NCBI GenBank assembly: GCA_965203315.1
Contig: OZ241857.1
Span: 1,312,001-1,376,000 of the forward strand
From: Nitrosopumilus sp.
GTDB lineage: Archaea > Thermoproteota > Nitrososphaeria > Nitrososphaerales > Nitrosopumilaceae
Reading direction: 5' to 3'
DNA length: 64,000 bases
Of the stretch, positions 57,466 to 64,000 are shown in pieces. Position numbers and translations under genes: made by a program. Numbering within the stretch: the first letter of the stretch is position 1; the number at the start of each line of letters is the position of its first letter. The notes under the pieces are model-generated. The model searched no databases. It saw only the letters and a program-made list of their open reading frames with translations, and had not been told where the DNA came from.

Positions 57466-58446
57466 TTAAATTTCTTTAAGATATGTGGTAAACCAATCAT
57501 GTGTAATAATTATTTTATATGTGTCTCCTACTCCAAAAGAGCAATTATTTGGGTGATATGTTGTTGGAGTGGGCATGATTAATTGAATATCTAGAAATTT
57601 TTTTGCAAATATTATGCAAGCCAAAGCATGTAACTTGTTACCATTTAGTGCAATCGATATATTTGATGTTTCTACATATTTTTCTCTAATATCTATCAAG
57701 TATTTTACAAGTTTATCAAGACAAAATATTGGAAACTCTTCTACTACATCTGAAGAATTTAATAGTTGAGAATGTAGTTCTTTAACTTTTAGATGTCTAT
57801 CAAAAGTATCATTATCGCTAGGTAAGATGCTGATCTTTTTGCTAGGTTGTATATGATCGTATATGGAATTTGCTCTAGCAAAATCATGTCTTAAAAACGT
57901 GACTAGTATAGATGAATACCCTGGTAGTAAAGCTCCTGAAAACTCTCTAGTGGTAAAAATCTCATCTATTCCCGAAGATATTGTACTAGTGTCATCTTTT
58001 TGGTTACCATACCTATCTGGTTCAGTATAGATGATTGTCAATTTGTTTGTAATATCTAATAATAAATTTATTAATTCTACTTGTAGATGTGTCTTAAAAC
58101 TAGAGATATTCACTGTAACTGTATTATGCTCTAGATCTATAATTTTTTGTTTGATTTTTAGAATCGTATCATGTCTATTTTTATGAGAGTATCTTTCATA
58201 AACGGTTTTATCACTAAAACTAGCCCAAATCTTTTCTAGTTTATATTTATCGCGCTCATTCTCTTCCACATATGTATCGTATTCAATTATTAGAGAAGTC
58301 TTTGCTTTAAAATTAGAGGATAATAGTTCTTTGTTACTACCAAGACTTCTGTCTTCAAATCCTAATGCACATATGTACAAATCTTGCCTCCCACTAAATT
58401 TATTCATCTTTAAAAATTCAGGAAAGTTGTCTTTCATAGATTTCAT
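57466..58446 (-). CDS. AT-rich hypothetical protein, probable defence/conflict-system component
   Basis: Very low GC; duplicated Rossmann-like pattern (CALGFEDRS...VNISS...YTEP..Y / LV.FL..D..RA...IAL.G.K..AL...PTTY). Confidence 0.55.
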   Translation of the reverse strand: MKSMKDNFPEFLKMNKFSGRQDLYICALGFEDRSLGSNKELLSSNFKAKTSLIIEYDTYVEENERDKYKLEKIWASFSDKTVYERYSHKNRHDTILKIKQKIIDLEHNTVTVNISSFKTHLQVELINLLLDITNKLTIIYTEPDRYGNQKDDTSTISSGIDEIFTTREFSGALLPGYSSILVTFLRHDFARANSIYDHIQPSKKISILPSDNDTFDRHLKVKELHSQLLNSSDVVEEFPIFCLDKLVKYLIDIREKYVETSNISIALNGNKLHALACIIFAKKFLDIQLIMPTPTTYHPNNCSFGVGDTYKIIITHDWFTTYLKEI

Positions 58447-58834
58447 CTTTTCCTAATAATAAAATCACCTTTGCTGTTTTCATTAAATTTAAAAGCTAGA
58501 ATACTCAAACGATCTGATACCAATTTATCATCAAGTCTACCTAGTAATTTCATAGACACTCTATGCTGTTACTTGTTTATAAAGTGTAACGGTACGAATC
58601 GTTTCCTTCCATTATGCTCTTTTACATGTGAACGATTTTTGTTACGTCTTTCTAGATTTTATTCATTCTTGTATTTGCCAATATGGCGTTTGAGATTCGT
58701 ACAAATAAGCAACCAGATAATGATCTTTAGAAACTGAACTGTTGTTTTAAGACTTTGATAAATTAAGATTCGACAAACTTGGGATATCTAGGATACTTTT
58801 ATGAGACCATGATATACGATTAGATATATCGAGT

Positions 58835-59659
58835 ATGACTATATACAAGAAACAGAACATTGCTCTCTGGAACGAAATTGCACCAAGGTATCACAAACGA
58901 TGGGCAGGTGTGCCACGTGGACCATTTGAGGGAACTACAAAACTAGTAGAGCGTGTAAAGATATCTCAAGGAGACAGAGTCTTAGATGTCGCATGTGGTA
59001 CAGGTGCAGTAACTAGACACTTGAGCTCCACGGTAGGCAGTTCGGGGTATGTAGTTGCTGTAGACACGTCCATAATCGCAATAAAGATCGCCAAACAACT
59101 CAACGATGCCATGAATACTCTATTTGTGAATGCTGATGCTGAGAACCTAGCATTTGGTACAAAGTTTGATGCGATCACATGCCAGTATGCGCTATTCTTC
59201 TTTCCAGATGCTGCAAAAGCACTACGTAAAATGCGACTGAATCTCAAACAAGGTGGTAGATTGGGCATAACTGTCCATGGTCATATAGACAAGGTTCCAT
59301 TCTATGGCTCTATCTTGAATGTGATAAACGAGTTCATCCCTGATTACACGACTCCAAATACTCCTGCTCTTGACAGATACAGTACAAGACAAGCTCTGTC
59401 TAGAGAGGTAAAGACTGCTGGATTCTCTGGTATAGTTGTAAAGGACTACACCTTTATGTATAGTCCAGGTACATTTGAGCAGTACTGGCGTGACTATCTG
59501 CGGTATGCTGCAAAACCGATCAAGGCCAAACTTGACTCATTAACTAGAACAAAACGTAGCAGACTCAAAGAGCTGGTATCACAGAACGTACAGCCATACG
59601 TCTCAGATGGTATCATAACATTTCCTTGGCAAGTTTTAATTTTAACTGCAAAACACTAG
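58835..59659 (+). CDS. Class I SAM-dependent methyltransferase (UbiE-like)
   Basis: VLDVACGTG, ADAE.L, FD, L..GGR. Confidence 0.9.
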   Translation: MTIYKKQNIALWNEIAPRYHKRWAGVPRGPFEGTTKLVERVKISQGDRVLDVACGTGAVTRHLSSTVGSSGYVVAVDTSIIAIKIAKQLNDAMNTLFVNADAENLAFGTKFDAITCQYALFFFPDAAKALRKMRLNLKQGGRLGITVHGHIDKVPFYGSILNVINEFIPDYTTPNTPALDRYSTRQALSREVKTAGFSGIVVKDYTFMYSPGTFEQYWRDYLRYAAKPIKAKLDSLTRTKRSRLKELVSQNVQPYVSDGIITFPWQVLILTAKH

Positions 59660-59662
59660 TGT

Positions 59663-60127
59663 ATGATGACAAAAGATAAACCTCAATCTAGCTTTGGCGC
59701 GTTTCTACGAAAACGAGCGCCCATATATCTCGGGCTATTAGCATTACTTGCCGTCTTTGTAGTTCCAGAGCTAACCAAAGGAGATCTAGAGAGCTCGTTG
59801 CCAGAACTATCAGAATCTGAACAGAGTGTTGTGGATGTATTGATGACATATGACGGACCAAATGATACCGGTCTAACTGTTCTACAAGCATTAGAGCTAA
59901 ATATCGAAGAAGAGTATCCAAATGAGCGCATATACGTAAACAAGGATACAAAGATCAATCTAAACGTAAAAAGCCTAACAGATACTGCATATCGGATACA
60001 ACTAGACTTTGAATCGCACAAAGGTGTAATACAATATGACTGGAATGTCACTCCCGAGACTAGAGAGATATCAGGAAACAATCCCAAGTCTAAATATATT
60101 ATAGAACTAGTAGACTATTATGATTAG
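59663..60127 (+). CDS. Membrane-anchored hypothetical protein
   Basis: Single N-terminal TM after a basic patch. Confidence 0.65.
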   Translation: MMTKDKPQSSFGAFLRKRAPIYLGLLALLAVFVVPELTKGDLESSLPELSESEQSVVDVLMTYDGPNDTGLTVLQALELNIEEEYPNERIYVNKDTKINLNVKSLTDTAYRIQLDFESHKGVIQYDWNVTPETREISGNNPKSKYIIELVDYYD

Positions 60128-61185
60128 AGTGTAATCAACTCTTTTGTAAATTTATGCATTACAACTGGTCTATCTCGTACTATTAACGAGTCTTCTATTC
60201 TAACTCCGAATATATTTTTTGCATATATTCCAGGCTCGACGGTAATTGCCATGTCCTTCTTTAATTTAGTAGTACTCTTTTCAGAGATCCAAGGTAGTTC
60301 ATGAACATCTAGACCTATACCATGTCCTGTAGAGTGAATAAAATATTCACCAAATCCTTGTTGCTCGATATAATCTCTACACGTACGATCAATATCGCTA
60401 CAAAGTACATTTGGCTTTACAGCTGCAAGACCCAACCTCTGTGACTCTCTTACGGTATCGTATGCCTCTCGTGTCATCTTTGTTGGTCTACCTACAGCAA
60501 AGGTTCGTGTTGCATCAGATACATATCCCTTGTAGCGAAGTGTTAGATCAACTACAATTAGATCACGACGTCCAAACTTTCGTCGTGTCACTTGAGCATG
60601 TGGCTGTGAACCATTTGGTCCACTTGCGATTATTAGTGGGTTGAGTGTAGACTCGTATCCTGTATCAAACATCTGGTTATTCACTGCATATGACATCAGT
60701 ATCGACTGAAGTTCAGACTCACGTAGTCCTTCTTTGATCTCTTTGGTACACAGATCAAACATCTCGTCTATTATTCTTGATGCACGCTTGAGGATACGAA
60801 TCTCGTCTGTGGTCTTTATCATACGTGCATCGTGGAATATCTCTGGTGCATTCTTTATCTTTGGGATCGAACGTTTCAGTGCCGACATTGTAGTATAGTT
60901 TTGACAGTCTGTACAAACTTTACATCCTCGTACTAGTCCAGCAACTAGTTTAATCATGCTGCGACTATCTCTAGTCATTGATATGACCTGACATTCAGAT
61001 TCAGATTTGGCTCGGTATACCTCAAGCTCTGATGTGATAATCGTATCATTATTATCTCTTAATAGCCCAACTCCTTCTCCCCAAAATCCAGTCAGGTAGA
61101 AGAGATTCTTTGGTTCAAAGACGACTATGGTGTCACAACCGATCTTTTTAGCATTCTTTAAGAGCCTTTTGGAGTGTTCATTCAT
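60124..61185 (-). CDS. pepQ: Xaa-Pro aminopeptidase/prolidase (M24)
   Basis: PH, D......Y.SD.TRT, HSTGHGIGL.VHE.P, T.EPGIY, GVRIED. Confidence 0.93.
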   Translation of the reverse strand: MNEHSKRLLKNAKKIGCDTIVVFEPKNLFYLTGFWGEGVGLLRDNNDTIITSELEVYRAKSESECQVISMTRDSRSMIKLVAGLVRGCKVCTDCQNYTTMSALKRSIPKIKNAPEIFHDARMIKTTDEIRILKRASRIIDEMFDLCTKEIKEGLRESELQSILMSYAVNNQMFDTGYESTLNPLIIASGPNGSQPHAQVTRRKFGRRDLIVVDLTLRYKGYVSDATRTFAVGRPTKMTREAYDTVRESQRLGLAAVKPNVLCSDIDRTCRDYIEQQGFGEYFIHSTGHGIGLDVHELPWISEKSTTKLKKDMAITVEPGIYAKNIFGVRIEDSLIVRDRPVVMHKFTKELITL

Positions 61186-61240
61186 ATATACTTCACATTA
61201 CGATCTCTAGTTTATTAAATGGTTTACACTTTGATGTATT

Positions 61241-61807
61241 GTGGCTAGTAGTATTCGATCACTAACTGTACAAGATGCATATCTGTTCGATGGTGGTAAA
61301 GTGGTGCCACGCGTAAAGAACTGTTTGAATCTATCAAAATATTATCCAAAACCTAGAATGTTCTCTTTTGGAAAGATAGCTCGGATCGATTACTCTCTTA
61401 TGCAGAGACTAGGTATATCATCTAATGATGTCATTGAGATAAAAGGCAAGTCAAGAACTGTTGTGAGGTGTTTGCCAATATATCCATCAGACGAGGGAAA
61501 GAATATGATCAGAGTTGATTGTACTACAAGAGATAACTCTCTTGTAGGAATTGGTGATAATGTCTCAATAAGAAGAGTGAAAGCATATTCTGCAAAAAAG
61601 GTCGTTATGGGCCCAATGGATACATTCACACCTGTAACTGAATATAATCTTAAAGATGCACTAGTTGGCATCCCATTAATAAAAGGAGAAGAGATAGCCG
61701 TTCCATACTTTGCTGATAGCCTGAATTTTCTAGTGGACTATACTGAACCTAACTCTGTAGTACTAGTTGGAAAAAATACTGTGATTGAACTCGATTATAG
61801 TGAGTAA
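61241..61807 (+). CDS. Stand-alone CDC48/VAT N-domain protein (no ATPase)
   Basis: L.V..AY, IARID...M..LG.S..DVIEIKGK.RTV..C.P.YPSDEGK..IRVD...R.N..V.IGD.V.IR; ends after the CDC48_2 subdomain. Confidence 0.8.
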   Translation: MASSIRSLTVQDAYLFDGGKVVPRVKNCLNLSKYYPKPRMFSFGKIARIDYSLMQRLGISSNDVIEIKGKSRTVVRCLPIYPSDEGKNMIRVDCTTRDNSLVGIGDNVSIRRVKAYSAKKVVMGPMDTFTPVTEYNLKDALVGIPLIKGEEIAVPYFADSLNFLVDYTEPNSVVLVGKNTVIELDYSE

Positions 61808-61814
61808 CATAAAC

Positions 61815-61927
61815 GGTTTTCTTCGATTTACATGGGATGATATTTCGCAAGACTTTTTTGTATTTTCCCTTCTAGAATCTTGTGGTGATTTATGTAATCA
61901 TTCATCCCACGTAAACCGAAAAGAACC
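61815..61927. mobile_element. MITE family A, copy 4 (113 bp), 8-bp TSD
   Basis: TIR GGTTTTCTTCGATTTACATGGGATGA/TCATCCCACGTAAACCGAAAAGAACC; TSD ACATAAAC at 61807-61814 and 61928-61935. Confidence 0.9.
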
Positions 61928-62082
61928 ACATAAACGACTCGTTTGTAGATGGAATATAACAATCGCCTATAATTTATAATTTTCAAATAATTACAATGAT
62001 TTGTACGTCACTACACATTTTGTAAAATTTAATCCATTACAACTAGATCTCTCAGCATCTATATCTACTGATTTACAAGTGT

Positions 62083-62271
62083 CTATAGATTAATCTTGTC
62101 TTTTGTAAATATTGCAAGACCTGCCCCAATACATACAAGCATTCCAATTCCTGTGATATACGCATAGTTGAACCCTGACTCGTCTGTGTGTTGATTATTT
62201 AGCATCAATGTTATCGCAAATAATACAGCAGCTATTATGGTAAGTTTTCGATGAACCTCCAATGACCACAA
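62083..62271 (-). CDS. Small two-TM membrane protein
   Basis: Two hydrophobic segments. Confidence 0.55.
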   Translation of the reverse strand: MWSLEVHRKLTIIAAVLFAITLMLNNQHTDESGFNYAYITGIGMLVCIGAGLAIFTKDKINL

Positions 62272-62332
62272 CTATTAGATTAAACTATATGAATCAATTA
62301 ATATTCAACATTACAGGTCTATTACTGTAATA

Positions 62333-63604
62333 CTATTCTGTGGAACGTTTGCGTCTTGCTGCTACTACAACACCAACACCGGCTGCCACCACTGCTGGAA
62401 TCAATAACAACATTGGATCAATCATCGCTTCTTCAACTATGGGTGGCTCTTGAACAAGGATCGTTGTATCATAAATTATAAACAACTCTTCACGTATGCT
62501 GTCCTTGTATCGTAGTTTTAGTGTGATATCATGTTCTCCGTATACAGGTGTGCCATCAAACTCTATTGGTATGTTGAAAGGCACAGGTGAGTCGATCTCA
62601 ATCTCGTCGATAAACTGTGTATGAGATCTGAGATTAGAGTCTCCACGTGGTTCTAGAGATACAAAACCAAACAATCCTTCTTGGTTTCCCTCGTTAATTA
62701 TCTCACCCACTACCACCTTGTTATCTGAAAGTTCAATAACCTCGATATTGAATATCTTTAGATCGATCAGCCCTTTTACATAAAAGTCTACGATCTTCGT
62801 GACCTCGTTCTGCTTTCCTTGTGAATTGTAATATGTTACAACAAGCGGAATTCGTAGTGTATCGTCCTTTATGTTCTCAGGTACATATACTGTAAATGTA
62901 ATCTGTTGTGATGACTTTGGTGCTATATTTCCAATATCCCAACTAGTCTCTGACACTACAACACCTTCAAAGTTATCAGAAGACATCTCTTTAGACGAAG
63001 GTATTACAACCTCTACCCCTGAGATGTATGCTGTACCATCATTTGATATATCAAACGTAATCTGGTTTGATTGTAGTGAGGTCAGAAAAGACTCTGTGGT
63101 TCGTACATTGATTATACTGTCACCGGTAACTTGGAATCGAAACTCTACAAGCTCGTTTCTAACTCCTGACTCACGAACTCGAGAATAATCTAGTTTTACA
63201 GCAGCTGGATACTGTTGAACTTTGGCGTTTGGTCCAATATTCACATAGAATGTAAGATAAAAGTCGTCACCAGCAGCTGCATTTGTATTACTATCAGACT
63301 GTGTGATTAGGTTTGAACCAATAGTTGGTGAGAACTCGAAAGGTAACGCTAATTGACCCTGAATTCCAGTAATATCTTGTGTACCTACATTTGCAAAGAT
63401 TATCGTAAGTGGAACATTATTGTCACCTGCTTTTACTTCGATCTTTTCGTCTATTGTTCCAAAATAAGCATCAAGAAACTTGATATCGATAAAGTCACGA
63501 TCAAAGGGAGCGTTGACATATACATCAGAAGTTATCTGAGCAAACGACTCTGATACTGGTATCGACAAGACCATTACGGCAATCAATACAACTGTATATC
63601 TCAT
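62333..63604 (-). CDS. COG1361/S-layer-like Ig-domain membrane protein associated with an ABC exporter
   Basis: Signal peptide, repeated I.N.G motifs, C-terminal TM + RRKR. Confidence 0.75.
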   Translation of the reverse strand: MRYTVVLIAVMVLSIPVSESFAQITSDVYVNAPFDRDFIDIKFLDAYFGTIDEKIEVKAGDNNVPLTIIFANVGTQDITGIQGQLALPFEFSPTIGSNLITQSDSNTNAAAGDDFYLTFYVNIGPNAKVQQYPAAVKLDYSRVRESGVRNELVEFRFQVTGDSIINVRTTESFLTSLQSNQITFDISNDGTAYISGVEVVIPSSKEMSSDNFEGVVVSETSWDIGNIAPKSSQQITFTVYVPENIKDDTLRIPLVVTYYNSQGKQNEVTKIVDFYVKGLIDLKIFNIEVIELSDNKVVVGEIINEGNQEGLFGFVSLEPRGDSNLRSHTQFIDEIEIDSPVPFNIPIEFDGTPVYGEHDITLKLRYKDSIREELFIIYDTTILVQEPPIVEEAMIDPMLLLIPAVVAAGVGVVVAARRKRSTE

Positions 63605-64000
63605 ATTGTAATCTCCATAGCATTCTTGGTGAGATCCCTGTCCGAATGTGTAAAGTGTTCACCTTTAGATAATTGCCCATCCTTTATAGTAACAACTCGA
63701 TCGACATTGCCAAAGTCCTCACTGTCGTGTGTAACTACAATGAATGTTTGATTTAGCTCCTTTGCCATAGACTTCATCATCTCAACTACAGTATGTGAAG
63801 TTACCGAATCAAGATTTCCAGTAGGCTCGTCCGCTAGAATTATGGATGGTTTGTTGATTAGAGCTCGTGCAACAGCTACTCGCTGAGCCTGACCTCCTGA
63901 TATCTTGTTTGCACGTTTATGTATATGATCTTTCAATCCAACAGTCTCTAGTAGATCGAGTGCTTGTTGCTTTATATCATTACCAAGACCTGCAATTTGA
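63601..64000 (-). CDS. ABC transporter ATP-binding protein, LolD/MacB type (3' part)
   Basis: ISGGQAQRVAVARAL, ILADEPTGNLD, VTHD. Confidence 0.93.
   Translation of the reverse strand, partial: QIAGLGNDIKQQALDLLETVGLKDHIHKRANKISGGQAQRVAVARALINKPSIILADEPTGNLDSVTSHTVVEMMKSMAKELNQTFIVVTHDSEDFGNVDRVVTIKDGQLSKGEHFTHSDRDLTKNAMEITI

Noticed and set aside
96-63553. Many 60-140-aa ORFs in the track that overlap longer genes (e.g. 96..290, 14069..14398, 25390..25785, 47011..47436, 54507..54908, 59683..60087)
   Set aside because: Antisense or alternative-frame shadows of well-supported genes, with no motifs.
1-64000. CRISPR array or rRNA genes
   Set aside because: No regularly spaced repeat-spacer pattern or rRNA-like sequence was seen; the repeated elements are dispersed MITEs and IS ends.

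Overview
Window from an ammonia-oxidising archaeon (Nitrososphaerota, Nitrosopumilaceae-like). The S8 protease/serpin pair, high IS load and pseudogenes suggest a host-associated lineage such as a sponge symbiont (inference). Most of the window is core housekeeping: prs, MscS, KamA-like aminomutase, glnA, rpoL, tfs, PCNA, aspartate kinase, cobJ, tyrS, bluB, rtcA, egsA, psmB, aCPSF1, sepF, the archaeal CoA operon (pok-pps-panB-coaBC), and two tRNAs, one with a D-loop intron. The main accessory feature is a ~10.3 kb island (13332-23665) between tfs and PCNA. It is bounded by two co-oriented decayed IS481-family elements and a 13/14-identical direct repeat, so it looks like a composite transposon. 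Its cargo is a 1589-aa secreted multidomain subtilase translationally coupled to a membrane-anchored serpin with a non-canonical hinge. It also holds nested mobile elements (IS481 relic > MITE > IS1595) and an intact IS481-like element with a 16-bp target duplication. A second intact IS481-like element (15-bp TSD) knocks out a PEFG-CTERM surface-protein gene. Other observations: four copies of a ~117-bp MITE (8-bp TSD), several unannotated Cys-rich microproteins, a stand-alone CDC48 N-domain, a solitary Mrr nuclease, a probable defence-operon relic, and over-representation of CTAG in native genes. No rRNA or CRISPR array was seen.
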